A stretch of DNA of 64,000 bases from Candidatus Omnitrophota bacterium (GCA_016209275.1 JACQWM010000053.1:11235-75234), one strand, 5' to 3'; shown: positions 28,305-38,235, numbered from the stretch's first letter. The notes: generated by a model not told the origin, from the sequence alone. Program-made: numbers and translations.

Positions 28305-28703
28305 ATGACCATGATGACCCATCAGCCCCGCATCCTCGTGGTGGAGGATGACCCAGATGTGGCTTCAATGCTCGCGATCCGGCTGGTCGCGGCGCGCTAC
28401 GAGGCCCAAATTGTCCGCACCGGCGCGGTCGCGCTGGGCCGGCTCATGACCGAACGGCCGGATCTCGTGCTCCTGGACATTCAGCTGCCAGATATCAGCG
28501 GCTACACGGTCTGCGAAGAGCTGCGCCATCGGTATGAGCGGGGCACGCTGCCCGTCGTCATGTTCACCGTCTTGGATCGGCCGAGCGAGCAGCAGCGCGG
28601 GCTGGCGGCCGGGGCGGATGCGTACTTAAGCAAGCACGATAATATCGCCACCCTCCTGAAGACCATCGCCTTCCTCTTGTCCTCGCGGCCCGCCCCTGCC
28701 TGA
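28305..28703 (+). CDS. Single-domain response regulator
   Basis: ILVVEDD, PDLVLLDIQLP, GADAYLSK. Confidence 0.88.
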   Translation: MTMMTHQPRILVVEDDPDVASMLAIRLVAARYEAQIVRTGAVALGRLMTERPDLVLLDIQLPDISGYTVCEELRHRYERGTLPVVMFTVLDRPSEQQRGLAAGADAYLSKHDNIATLLKTIAFLLSSRPAPA

Positions 28704-28745
28704 TTGGAGCTTGGCATTTAGCGGTTTTTTGCTAGACTCATCCTG

Positions 28746-30380
28746 ATGGATTCCCCATCGGCTCGTCGCATCGCGTGGTGGCTGCCGCCCATCCTCCTCT
28801 CGCTGGCCACCGCCTGGGCCTATCACAACAGCCTGCACGGGCCTTTTATTCTCGACGACACGCGGTGGATCATCGACAACCCCCAGGTGCGCAGCCTCTG
28901 GCGCATCGCGGATCCTCACGTGGCGGCGCCACTCGCCAAAAGCGTCGCCGGCCGGCCGCTGCTGACCCTTTCGCTGGCGCTCAATTACGCCCTCGGCGGC
29001 ACGAGCGTCGTGGGATATCACTTCGTCAATGTCCTCGCCCATCTCGCGGCTGGGCTGCTGCTGTTTGGGATCATCCGACGCACGCTCCGCAGCGCTGCGA
29101 TCGCCCTGGCAGCCGCACTCCTATGGCTGCTCCATCCGCTGCAGACGAGCAGTGTCACCTACGTCATCCAGCGGGCCGAAGTCCTCATGGGTCTGTGTTA
29201 CTTGGCGACGCTGTATGGCGTGATCCGAAGCGCGGCCTCGCCGCGCCCCAAGCGATGGTATGCCGTGTCCATCGCGGCCTGCGCGGCCGGCATGGCCGTG
29301 AAGGCCGTGATGGTGACCGCGCCGCTGATGATCTTGCTCTACGATGGTGTTTTTCTGTCAGGCTCGGTGCGCGAGGCCTGGCGTCGACGACGACCGGTGT
29401 ATCTGGGTTTGGGCGCGACCTGGATCTGGCTTGCCGCGCTCGTTATTACCGCGCAACACGGGGTGACGACTCCGACGGTGGCTTCGGCCCAGCAAGCGAG
29501 CCCGTTCGCCTACGGCGCCACACAGCTTGGCGTCATCCTGCATTATCTTCGGCTGGCCATCTGGCCCGCCGGCCTCTGTATCGATTACGACTGGCCGATG
29601 GCCGCGACGGCTGCCGACATCATCCCGCCGCTGGCGATGGTCGCAGTCCTTCTGGCGGCGACCGTGTGGGCGCTCATGTATCATCCTCGGATGGGGTATC
29701 TCGGGGCCTGGTGGTTTGTGATCCTCGCCCCCACATCCAGTATCATTCCGCTGGCGGATCTGGTCTTTGAGCATCGCCTGTATCTGCCGCTAGCCGCGGT
29801 CGTGCTGCTCATCGTGCTCGGGGCGGATGCCATTATGCGTCGCATGATTCCTGTTGTTGGCGCGCGCCGAGCGCTGGCCGTGCTGCTGGTGGGAAGTGCT
29901 GCCCTCGGGTTGGGGATCGCGACCCTCCATCGCAATGCGGTCTATCAGACCGAAGAGTCCATCTGGCGCGACGCCGTCGCCAAACAGCCCCGCAACGGCC
30001 GCGCGCACAATAACGTAGGCATTGCCCTCGGGAAGCAGGGCCGCTACGATGAGGCGGCGGAGCATTTTCTGATCGCCCTCTCGCGCGACCCCGCTAATAC
30101 GCAGCTCTACAACAACCTGGGCATTGTGCGGTCGCGCCAAGGCCGGAGTGATGAAGCGATCCGTTGGTATCAGAAAGCGCTGCAGCAGGACCCGGATGAT
30201 CCGAGCGTTCGCAATAATCTCGCGGTCCTGCTCGCCAAGCAGGGGAGATTTGACGACGCTCTCGCGCAGTATCGCGCAGCGCTGCGCGTCAATCCGGATG
30301 ATGTGGAGGCTCGCAAGAATTATGACGAGCTGACCCGCTGGCTGGCAGCGCAGAGGCCCTCAGGCCCAACGACGCCATGA
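28746..30380 (+). CDS. TMTC-like membrane glycosyltransferase with C-terminal TPRs
   Basis: FILDD, RP, HPLQT.SV.Y..QR, EHRLYLP, WRD then TPRs (HNNVG, YNNLG). Confidence 0.8.
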   Translation: MDSPSARRIAWWLPPILLSLATAWAYHNSLHGPFILDDTRWIIDNPQVRSLWRIADPHVAAPLAKSVAGRPLLTLSLALNYALGGTSVVGYHFVNVLAHLAAGLLLFGIIRRTLRSAAIALAAALLWLLHPLQTSSVTYVIQRAEVLMGLCYLATLYGVIRSAASPRPKRWYAVSIAACAAGMAVKAVMVTAPLMILLYDGVFLSGSVREAWRRRRPVYLGLGATWIWLAALVITAQHGVTTPTVASAQQASPFAYGATQLGVILHYLRLAIWPAGLCIDYDWPMAATAADIIPPLAMVAVLLAATVWALMYHPRMGYLGAWWFVILAPTSSIIPLADLVFEHRLYLPLAAVVLLIVLGADAIMRRMIPVVGARRALAVLLVGSAALGLGIATLHRNAVYQTEESIWRDAVAKQPRNGRAHNNVGIALGKQGRYDEAAEHFLIALSRDPANTQLYNNLGIVRSRQGRSDEAIRWYQKALQQDPDDPSVRNNLAVLLAKQGRFDDALAQYRAALRVNPDDVEARKNYDELTRWLAAQRPSGPTTP

Positions 30381-32224
30381 GCGCTCAGGTGATCCTGATC
30401 CTGCTCGCAGGCCTTGCGGCGTATGCGAACAGTTGTTCCGTGCCGTTTCTCTTCGATGATTTCAGCTCCATCGTCCACAATCCGCACCTGGCCCATCCGT
30501 GGTCGCCGGCGTTGTGGCTGACCGGGGGGCGGCCGATGACCGCGCTGTCATTCGCCATCAACTATGCCCTCGGAGGTTTTCAGGTGTGGGGGTATCATGC
30601 GGTCAATCTCGCCTTGCATCTTGCGGCTGCCCTCACCCTCTATGGCGTGATCCGGCGAACGTTGCAGACATCGCTGCTGCGCCCTCGATGGAAGCAGGAA
30701 GCCGCAGGCACCGCCTTCGCCGTGTCGCTGTTGTGGACCGTGCATCCGTTGCAGACCGAAAGCGTCACGTATATCGTTCAGCGGGGCGAATCGCTCATGG
30801 GCTTCTTCTACCTGGCGACCCTCTACGCGTTCATTCGGGGTGCAGCGACCCGTCGTTCGGCGTGGCGCAACATTTCGGTCATCGCCTGCGCGTTGGGGAT
30901 GCTCTCCAAACCGGTGATGATGACCGCCCCCGTGGCCGTGTGGCTCTATGACGCATTGTTGCTCTCACCCGGCTGGCTGGCGGCGTTGCGCCAGCGTCGA
31001 GGCTACTACCTCAGCCTCGCGGCCACATGGCTGCTCGGTCTTTTCTGCCTCTGGTTGGCGAGAGAGCAAGAGCTCGCCCGGCCTCATTCACAACTCGGCT
31101 CCATGCCGCTGGCGGCCACCCCGTTGGCGTATGCCGCGACACAACCCGGCGTCATTCTCCAGTATCTTCGGCTTGCCGTCTGGCCGCACCCGTTGGTGCT
31201 CGATTACCTCTGGCCGCTCGCGACCACGACGGCAGCCATCGTGTGGCCCAGCGCGGCGATCGGCATCTTCGTGATGGTGACAATCGTGGCGTTGATCCAG
31301 CGTCGGCCGATCGGGATGCTCGGCGCGTGGATCATCCTCACCCTGGCTCCCAGCTCCAGCGTCATCCCCATCAGAGATCTCGCGGCGGAGCACCGGATGT
31401 ATCTGCCGCTGGCCGCGGTGATTGCCTTCGCGGTGTTCACGGCATGGTGGCTCATCGGCCGGACTGTCAAGGGGCCGGCCGAACAACGCCGGCTCGCCAT
31501 CGGTCTCGTGATCGGCATCGCGGCGATCTTCACCGGCCTGACCATGCGGCGCAATGCGGATTATCGCAGCGAGTTGAGCATGTGGCAGGACATCATCGCG
31601 AAGCGGCCCCAGAATTTCCGAGCCCAGAACACGCTTGGCTCAGAGCTGCTACATCTTGGCCGGCGCGCAGAGGCGGTGAGCCATTTTGAGGCGGCGATTC
31701 GGCTGAAGCCCGACTATGTCGAGGCCTACTATAATCTCGGCTTAGCCCGGATGCTGCTCGGGCAGGCGGAGGCGGCCAAGGCGGCATTCCATCGCGCGCT
31801 TGAGCTGAAACCGGATTTGCCTGATGCGTATCATAATCTGGGTGTCGCACTGGCTGGCGAGGGTGATTTGGCTGGGGCAGAGGCCAATTACCGCGAAGCG
31901 CTGCGGTTGTTACAACAGGAGAAAGAAGCGCCCCCGGTGGCTGGTGTACGCTGGGTGTCTCGCGGGGACGAGCTGATGACGCATCTCGCCCTCGGCGCCG
32001 TCCTGGCTCGGCAGGGTCGATTCGAGGAAGCCGCGGCCGAGCTGCAAGCCGTGGTGCGGATCGCGCCCAATGACCCGAATGCCCACTACAATCTCGGCAA
32101 CGTGTATGTTGAGCAGGGGCGGCTGGAGGACGCCATCGCCGAGTACCGCGCGACTCTTCGCCTCGATCCGCAGCATCCCCAGGCGAAAGCGAACCTTGAC
32201 CTCGCCCTCGCCCGCGTGCCATGA
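30377..32224 (+). CDS. TMTC-like membrane glycosyltransferase with C-terminal TPRs (paralogue)
   Basis: FLFDD, GRP, HPLQTESVTYIVQR, AEHRMYLP, TPR array. Confidence 0.8.
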   Translation: MSAQVILILLAGLAAYANSCSVPFLFDDFSSIVHNPHLAHPWSPALWLTGGRPMTALSFAINYALGGFQVWGYHAVNLALHLAAALTLYGVIRRTLQTSLLRPRWKQEAAGTAFAVSLLWTVHPLQTESVTYIVQRGESLMGFFYLATLYAFIRGAATRRSAWRNISVIACALGMLSKPVMMTAPVAVWLYDALLLSPGWLAALRQRRGYYLSLAATWLLGLFCLWLAREQELARPHSQLGSMPLAATPLAYAATQPGVILQYLRLAVWPHPLVLDYLWPLATTTAAIVWPSAAIGIFVMVTIVALIQRRPIGMLGAWIILTLAPSSSVIPIRDLAAEHRMYLPLAAVIAFAVFTAWWLIGRTVKGPAEQRRLAIGLVIGIAAIFTGLTMRRNADYRSELSMWQDIIAKRPQNFRAQNTLGSELLHLGRRAEAVSHFEAAIRLKPDYVEAYYNLGLARMLLGQAEAAKAAFHRALELKPDLPDAYHNLGVALAGEGDLAGAEANYREALRLLQQEKEAPPVAGVRWVSRGDELMTHLALGAVLARQGRFEEAAAELQAVVRIAPNDPNAHYNLGNVYVEQGRLEDAIAEYRATLRLDPQHPQAKANLDLALARVP

Positions 32225-32236
32225 TGAACTGCGTCG

Positions 32237-33664
32237 ATGTCTTTTAACACGCTAGAATTCGCCGTCTTTTTTATCGTGGTGTACGGGCTGTACTGTGGCT
32301 TAGGCCACCGGTGGCAAAACCTCATGCTGCTCGTGGCCAGTTATGTTTTTTACGGCGCCTGGGATTGGCGATTTCTCGGCTTGCTCTTGATTTCAACCGT
32401 CTTGGATTTTTTCTGTGGCCTGGGCATCCATGGAGCCCACTCGGCGCGGATCAAGCGCATGGTGTTGGGTCTGAGCGTGGCTGGGAACCTCGCCATCCTG
32501 GGGTTCTTCAAGTATTTCAATTTCTTCGCGGGGTCATTCGAGAGCCTCCTCGCATCCGTCGGATGGACGGTGCATCCTCACACGCTGCAGATCATCTTAC
32601 CGGTTGGCATTTCGTTCTATACGTTCCAGACGATGAGTTACACCATCGACGTCTACCGGGGTCAGCTTCAGCCCACGCGCCGATTTCTTGATTTTGCGCT
32701 GTTCGTGACGTTCTTTCCACAGCTCGTCGCCGGTCCCATTGAGCGGGCGAAAAACCTCCTCCCGCAGGTGCTTGCGCCGCGCACGCTGAGTCTGGAACGT
32801 TTTGAGGAAGGGTGTTTCCTCATCCTGTGGGGCTATCTGCAGAAGGTTCTGGTGGCCGACTCGCTGGCCCAATTCGTCGATCCGGTGTTCACCGCGGGCT
32901 CGCCTGCGAGCGGACCGGTCGTGCTCATCGCCGCGTACGCGTTCGCCTTTCAGATTTACTGCGATTTCGCGGGGTATTCGAACATCGCCCGCGGGCTCGG
33001 CAAATGCATGGGCTTCGAGTTGATGGCGAATTTCAATTTGCCGTATCTCGCCACCAATCCGAGGGAGTTCTGGAACCGGTGGCACATCAGCCTCTCGACA
33101 TGGCTGAGGGACTATCTCTACATCCCGCTGGGAGGCGGCCGTGGGCACGCGCTGACGATATTCAGAAACCTGGCGGTGACCATGCTCCTCGGCGGATTAT
33201 GGCACGGCGCTTCGTGGACCTTTGTGGTCTGGGGGGCGTATCATGGCGGCCTGCTGATTGCGCACCGGCTGGTAGAACCCGCCAGGCAAGCACTCTCAAC
33301 CGACAAGAGGTCGTTTCCTGGCATGGTGTGGCAGGTGGTGAACATGGTGGTGTTCTTCCATTTGGTCTGCATCGGGTGGGTGATCTTCCGGGCGCCGTCA
33401 ATCAGCGCGGCTTGGGAGTTGCTCACTCGAATGGCATTGCAGGTGAACGCGCGGGATCTCTGGCAGGCTATGATGGCGCAGCGCTGGTTGGGGTGGCTCG
33501 CGCTCTTTGCTGTGGTGGAGTACAGCCAGTTCAGGCGCGGGGACCGTCCGGCGATCCTGGCACGGCATCCACTGCTCCGAACAGCCGGCTATATGCTCGT
33601 CTTCTATGTGACCATGTTCTTCGGCGCGACCGCGGGGAAGCCGTTCATCTATTTTCAATTTTAA
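32237..33664 (+). CDS. MBOAT O-acyltransferase (AlgI/PatA-like)
   Basis: FFKYFNF, LPVGISFYTFQ, FFPQLVAGPI, QIYCDF.GY, FWNRWHISLS, GLWHGA, C-terminal FIYFQF. Confidence 0.95.
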   Translation: MSFNTLEFAVFFIVVYGLYCGLGHRWQNLMLLVASYVFYGAWDWRFLGLLLISTVLDFFCGLGIHGAHSARIKRMVLGLSVAGNLAILGFFKYFNFFAGSFESLLASVGWTVHPHTLQIILPVGISFYTFQTMSYTIDVYRGQLQPTRRFLDFALFVTFFPQLVAGPIERAKNLLPQVLAPRTLSLERFEEGCFLILWGYLQKVLVADSLAQFVDPVFTAGSPASGPVVLIAAYAFAFQIYCDFAGYSNIARGLGKCMGFELMANFNLPYLATNPREFWNRWHISLSTWLRDYLYIPLGGGRGHALTIFRNLAVTMLLGGLWHGASWTFVVWGAYHGGLLIAHRLVEPARQALSTDKRSFPGMVWQVVNMVVFFHLVCIGWVIFRAPSISAAWELLTRMALQVNARDLWQAMMAQRWLGWLALFAVVEYSQFRRGDRPAILARHPLLRTAGYMLVFYVTMFFGATAGKPFIYFQF

Positions 33665-33682
33665 CCGGGGCAGGAGAAGTCC

Positions 33683-34954
33683 ATTTCCGAAGAGCGCACG
33701 TCGTTAACGCCAGAGCACATCGCGTTTATCCAGGCCAACTGGAAGACGGCCAGCTGCCGCCAAATCGCGAAGCACCTCAACGTGCCGCGCTCCGACGTGG
33801 CGGAGGCCATCCAGGCTTTGCAGCGCGTCCAGCGCGCTCGATGGCGCGGGGCGAGCGGCTCGCAACTGGCCATCACGCTCTTCTTGAGCCTGACGGTCGT
33901 GCCGGCACTCATCGGGAAACTCGTGATTCCGCTGGAGTGGTACGCCTTTCGATGCTGGGAAGTGATGGTGGATCAGCGGCCCGCTGGGGCCAGACCGGGA
34001 TGGTGGTATCCCAACCAGGTGCTGCAGAAGCTGGAGCACGACGATTTGGTGCCACGCACGCGGTATTCGAAGCCGCGGAATGTGGTGTGGTACACGGATG
34101 CGTACGGCTACCGGAATCGTCCGCGGCCGGGGAACGAGCCCATCGACATCGTGGTGATCGGTGATTCAGAAATCGTCGGCTCATCGATGACGCAGGACGA
34201 CATCCTTTCAGAGGTGTTGGAGCGCATGACCGGCCGCCCGGTGTACGCATATGCCCCGGCGTACTTCGGCAAATTCGTGGAGGATCCGCGGTTTCAACAG
34301 CGCCCGCCAAAGGTCGTCGTGTTTTCCTTCATGGAACGGTCCGTGGCTTGGCGGTTGGTACCCCTCGGCGTCCCATATCCTGGTCGCGTGCGGGTTGGCG
34401 GCCCACCGAACCCGTACAGGCTACTTCCGGCACGCGCGCAGATCGCGTGGGACAAGATTCGGAAGAAACCGTTTCTCGTTTCGCATCTGATCCGTCGAAT
34501 CACCGGGCGTCATCCTCTAGGGCTCTCGGTGATCAAGAGCAACCAGTCTGATATGTTTTTCTTCCGCGATGATCTTGCGGCGATCGGCTACCACCAGCAG
34601 CATCCAGAGGACATCGACAGGACCGTGCGGGTGATTCGCCAGTATCATCACGCCATGGCGATGCGGGGCGTACAGTTTCTCTTCGTGGGAAATCCGAGCA
34701 AGGAGATCGTCTATTGGGATTTGGTCCCGCCGGAATATCGGCGAGGCCTTCGCCCCCCGGATTTTTTCACGCAGCTGCTCCCCAAACTGGAAGCGGCTGG
34801 CGTGCCCACACTGGATTTGCGCCAGGTGTATCGCGAGGCTGGCGTGCCTCAGGGCGAACTCGTCTTTCACCTGGGGAATACACATTGGAATCCGCACGGC
34901 GTGCGCCTGGCGGCGAAGGCGATTGCGGAACGTCTTACCCCCTGGCTGGAATAG
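33683..34954 (+). CDS. AlgJ/AlgX-like SGNH O-acetyltransferase; start uncertain (ATT 33683 or GTG 33782)
   Basis: VIGDS, P.K..VY, NTHWNPHG; reading frame is open from 33665. Confidence 0.75.
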   Translation: MSEERTSLTPEHIAFIQANWKTASCRQIAKHLNVPRSDVAEAIQALQRVQRARWRGASGSQLAITLFLSLTVVPALIGKLVIPLEWYAFRCWEVMVDQRPAGARPGWWYPNQVLQKLEHDDLVPRTRYSKPRNVVWYTDAYGYRNRPRPGNEPIDIVVIGDSEIVGSSMTQDDILSEVLERMTGRPVYAYAPAYFGKFVEDPRFQQRPPKVVVFSFMERSVAWRLVPLGVPYPGRVRVGGPPNPYRLLPARAQIAWDKIRKKPFLVSHLIRRITGRHPLGLSVIKSNQSDMFFFRDDLAAIGYHQQHPEDIDRTVRVIRQYHHAMAMRGVQFLFVGNPSKEIVYWDLVPPEYRRGLRPPDFFTQLLPKLEAAGVPTLDLRQVYREAGVPQGELVFHLGNTHWNPHGVRLAAKAIAERLTPWLE

Positions 34955-35016
34955 GACAGCCCCGGTGAGTGAGCGTCACCGACGCGATCGCCGCATCCGC
35001 CGATCCTGCCGCGCGG

Positions 35017-35409
35017 CTACGCCAGCGTCACTTCTCCGAGCAGGAGCGTGACCGTTTTCAGCAGCTCCATCGGCTCAAACGGCTTGGTCATGTAGGCATC
35101 GGCCCCGAAGGCATAGCCGCGCAATTGGTCGATGGGCTTATCCATGGCTGTCAACATCAGAATCGGCACTTCCCACGGATGGCACAGCTTCCGCAGCTGC
35201 TTGCACACTTCATACCCGGTGATATCGGGCAGCCGCAAATCCAAAATCACCAGGTCTGGCCGATGCTCCGCCACATAGCTCAGCGCCGGCTTGCCGGCGT
35301 GCTCGGCATGGACCTCGAACCCGGAAGATTCCAAGTGCCATTTCACCAAGCTCGCGAGCGACGTTTCATCCTCCACAATCAAAATCTGTTTGCGATGGGC
35401 CATCATCAC
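35017..35409 (-). CDS. Single-domain response regulator
   Basis: ILIVEDE, PDLVILDLRLP, LTA, GADAYMTKPF. Confidence 0.9.
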   Translation of the reverse strand: MMMAHRKQILIVEDETSLASLVKWHLESSGFEVHAEHAGKPALSYVAEHRPDLVILDLRLPDITGYEVCKQLRKLCHPWEVPILMLTAMDKPIDQLRGYAFGADAYMTKPFEPMELLKTVTLLLGEVTLA

Positions 35410-35801
35410 CGATGCGCCTCCTTCCCTTGAGAGAGCTTCGCCTCCACACTGCTCAAGAGCTCCTCCATGCTGACAGGCTTCGCCAGAAAGAAATTTCCCC
35501 CGATATAGCCGCCGGTGTCTCGCGCCTCCTCTTTCGAGACGACGGCGGTCAGAAAGACGATCGGGATGGCGTTCAGCGTGGCATGTTCCCGGAGCTGCGC
35601 GCCGATTGCCGCGCCATCCGCATCGGGCATGATGATATCCAGCAGGATCAGGTCCGGGTGAAACGCCTCGGCCTCGGCGAGCGCCCGCGCTCCCTCGTTG
35701 ACCTCTCGGACCTCATACCGGCCCGCTTGCTCCAGGTTCAACCGGAGCAGCCGCGTGAAACTTGGTTCGTCATCGATGATCAGGATCCGTTCTTTGCCCA
35801 T
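35406..35801 (-). CDS. Single-domain response regulator
   Basis: ILIIDDE, PDLILLDIIMP, FLTA, LAKPV. Confidence 0.9.
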   Translation of the reverse strand: MGKERILIIDDEPSFTRLLRLNLEQAGRYEVREVNEGARALAEAEAFHPDLILLDIIMPDADGAAIGAQLREHATLNAIPIVFLTAVVSKEEARDTGGYIGGNFFLAKPVSMEELLSSVEAKLSQGKEAHR

Positions 35802-38086
35802 CGGCCATCACCTCCTTCGTCATGATCGGCTTTCAGCACAATCGTTGCGCGCGCCCCGCCTTCCGGCCGGTTCTTCACCGTGATCATTCCGCCGTGCAAC
35901 CGGATGATCGTTTTGGTCACCGCCAGGCCCAGCCCGGTGCCCTTGCCGGTGGGCTTCGTCGTGAAAAAAGGATCGAAGAGCTTCAGCAGGTGGACATCGG
36001 GGATCCCCACCCCCGTGTCATCGACTTCGACCATGACTACGGCATCTCCCGCGGCAAACACGCCGGTGTCGCGATGCCCCACACCGTCGGAGGCCTCGGG
36101 CAACGTTGTCTGATACGTGCGGATGGACAGCGTGCCTCCCTCAGGCATCGCATCGATGCTATTCATGAAGAGGTTGACGAAGACTTGCTCGAGTTTGGTC
36201 TGATCGCGCCTCACCATCGGCAGGCGCGGCTCAAAAGAGGTCGCCACGCGGACATGCTGCTTGTCCAGCGCATGCCGGACCAGGAGCAGGGCCTGTTCAA
36301 TAGTGGCATTGAGGTCGCCGGCCTCCAGGTTTACCTCAGTCGGCGCGGAGAAATCCAGCAATCCTTTAATGACCCGATCCGCCCGCCAGGCGGCTTGGTT
36401 CAAATCCTGCAGGACGACGCCGACATGCGGCCCGTTGCCCTGCACGTGTCGTGAGAGATAGTCGATGCCCATCACCATAATCGCGAGCGGATTTTTCACC
36501 TCATGCGCCACGCCGGCGGCCAGGCGGCCGACGGATTCGAACTTCGCCGCTTGAATCAATCGCAACTGGGCTTCTTGCAGCTCCTGGTTCGCTCGCCGAT
36601 ACTTGGCCAGCGTTTGCAATAATTCCTCCTGCTGCTCCTTGAGCAATGTGTTGGTTTGCTCCAGCTGGATGGCCGCGCGCTTGCGTTCCGTGATATCGCG
36701 GATAATGGCGGTGACGAATCGTCCTTCCTGGGTCATCCAGCTCGCCAGGGATAATTCCAGCGGAAATTCCATCCCATTCTTTCGTTGGCCGGCCAGCTCG
36801 ATGGTTCTCCCCATGACCCGGGCTTCCCCCGTCTTCAGAAACCGGTTGAAGCCTTGTTGATGCGCCTCATGGAATCGCTGCGGCATCAGCAGGGTCAGCG
36901 GCTGGCCCAGCGCCTCCTGCGGCGCATACCCAAACATCGCTTCAGCGCCCTTGTTCCATGCGATCATGTTCCCCGCGTGATCGGCAGAAATGATGGCATC
37001 TTGCGCGGATTCCACGACCGCCCGCAACCGTTCTTCGCTGGTGCGCAGCGCATGCTGGATGAGCTTGCGTTCGGTGATATCGAGGAGGACGTAGACCGTT
37101 CCGGCCCGAGTCCCCCGCGGATCCATGATGGTGGCGGCCGAGACGCTCACGTCGACTGGTTCCCCAGGCTTGGTTCGGCAGACCATCTCGCGATCCCGAA
37201 TGATGGCTTGCTCGGTGAGATGCGCCATGGGCATGGCGCGTTCAAGCGACGTTTCAAACAGCCTGGTAATCGGCTGGCCGATGAGTTCAGCAGGCGAGTA
37301 GCCCAGCAGTTCACTGACGGCGCGATTGGCGACGCGGACGTCGCCCTCCATATCGACGACGAGGACGCCTCCGTTCATCGTCTCCAAAATTTGGCTCGTT
37401 GCAAACTGCGGTGTCAGATCGACGAGCCGGTACCGCCAAATCGCCCGCGCGACCAGGCCGAGGAAGATCAGCACTGGCACATACCCGAACGGGTAGGCTG
37501 GGAGCCCAAATTTGGCCAGATAATCCCAGGTGCCGAGATAGAGAATGCCGAACGCGCCCAAAAATGTCCGGCTGCGTTGCCACCGCGCCGTGCCTGGTCG
37601 CGCCTGGCGGTATTCCACCCAATACAACCGCAGGCTCATGACGAGCATGCCGAAGAAAAAGGTCAAGTAGGAGACGCTGAGCCATCCATACCGCGGGTAA
37701 TAGCCCCACCGGTACTGATAGAGCCCGCCAATCAGGGCATCGGTGCTGACGATGGCTGAGGCAAACGACACCGCGAGGAACCAACCGAGCCAAAGGATCA
37801 CCCGGTTTTCTCGATACATCCCCAACGAGACGGCGGCAAAATGGCTGACGGCGACCGGGATGAGCGGAATGGTGAGATACGCAGTTTTCGCCCACCACAA
37901 GGCCATGTCGACATCAGCCGCGCCATACATGTGGGAAAACGCGAAGAGCCACCAGCCGATCGTCGCGCTCATCAGCAGAAACAGCAGGCTGACGACGGAG
38001 GCGCGTTCGCGAATGACGACCGCCAACGCCAACCCGAAGGCGGCGAACGCGGTCAGGCTTGTGGCAGCAGCCAGAGGTTGATCCAT
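35780..38086 (-). CDS. 7TM-PAS-PAS sensor histidine kinase
   Basis: N-terminal multi-TM domain, two PAS domains ending DITERK, AHEVKNPL, NLFMN, DTGVGI, FDPFFTTK..GKGTGLGL; start taken as ATG 38086. Confidence 0.92.
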   Translation of the reverse strand: MDQPLAAATSLTAFAAFGLALAVVIRERASVVSLLFLLMSATIGWWLFAFSHMYGAADVDMALWWAKTAYLTIPLIPVAVSHFAAVSLGMYRENRVILWLGWFLAVSFASAIVSTDALIGGLYQYRWGYYPRYGWLSVSYLTFFFGMLVMSLRLYWVEYRQARPGTARWQRSRTFLGAFGILYLGTWDYLAKFGLPAYPFGYVPVLIFLGLVARAIWRYRLVDLTPQFATSQILETMNGGVLVVDMEGDVRVANRAVSELLGYSPAELIGQPITRLFETSLERAMPMAHLTEQAIIRDREMVCRTKPGEPVDVSVSAATIMDPRGTRAGTVYVLLDITERKLIQHALRTSEERLRAVVESAQDAIISADHAGNMIAWNKGAEAMFGYAPQEALGQPLTLLMPQRFHEAHQQGFNRFLKTGEARVMGRTIELAGQRKNGMEFPLELSLASWMTQEGRFVTAIIRDITERKRAAIQLEQTNTLLKEQQEELLQTLAKYRRANQELQEAQLRLIQAAKFESVGRLAAGVAHEVKNPLAIMVMGIDYLSRHVQGNGPHVGVVLQDLNQAAWRADRVIKGLLDFSAPTEVNLEAGDLNATIEQALLLVRHALDKQHVRVATSFEPRLPMVRRDQTKLEQVFVNLFMNSIDAMPEGGTLSIRTYQTTLPEASDGVGHRDTGVFAAGDAVVMVEVDDTGVGIPDVHLLKLFDPFFTTKPTGKGTGLGLAVTKTIIRLHGGMITVKNRPEGGARATIVLKADHDEGGDGRWAKNGS

Positions 38087-38096
38087 AGTGTCAGCC

Positions 38097-38131
38097 AACA
38101 AAAGACCCTTCACCTCAATGAAGCGAAGGGC
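38097..38131 (-). terminator. Intrinsic terminator (riboswitch expression platform)
   Basis: Minus strand GCCCTTCGCTTCA-t-TGAGGTGAAGGGT followed by CTTTTGTT. Confidence 0.65.
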
Positions 38132-38141
38132 ATCGCCGACG

Positions 38142-38235
38142 CTGTCTTCGGCAACCCAGCTGCCCTGTCGCTTCTTGAAGTGCGGGCCTATGGTTTTGCG
38201 TCCCCGGTTTTCGCGGGGTTTGCTCGTTCGGACAG
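38142..38235 (-). ncRNA. GEMM-I cyclic dinucleotide riboswitch (c-di-GMP-I fold, A20 variant)
   Basis: Minus strand CUGUC-CGAACGAGCAAACCCCGCGAAAACCGGGGACGCAAAACC...GGCAGCUGGGUUGCCGAA-GACAG; GCAAAC, GGGACGCAAA and GCCGAA motifs plus P1 pairing. Confidence 0.85.

Noticed and set aside
33662-33682. Stop-codon readthrough fusing MBOAT and SGNH (same frame)
   Set aside because: MBOAT ends in the canonical FIYFQF with TAA, and a separate SD follows.
32812-34164. 450-aa alternative-frame ORF across the MBOAT and SGNH genes
   Set aside because: Arg/Gly/Ala-rich off-frame translation that overlaps two clear genes.
38087-38113. GTG 38113 as the kinase start
   Set aside because: It lies within the terminator hairpin; ATG 38086 is more plausible.
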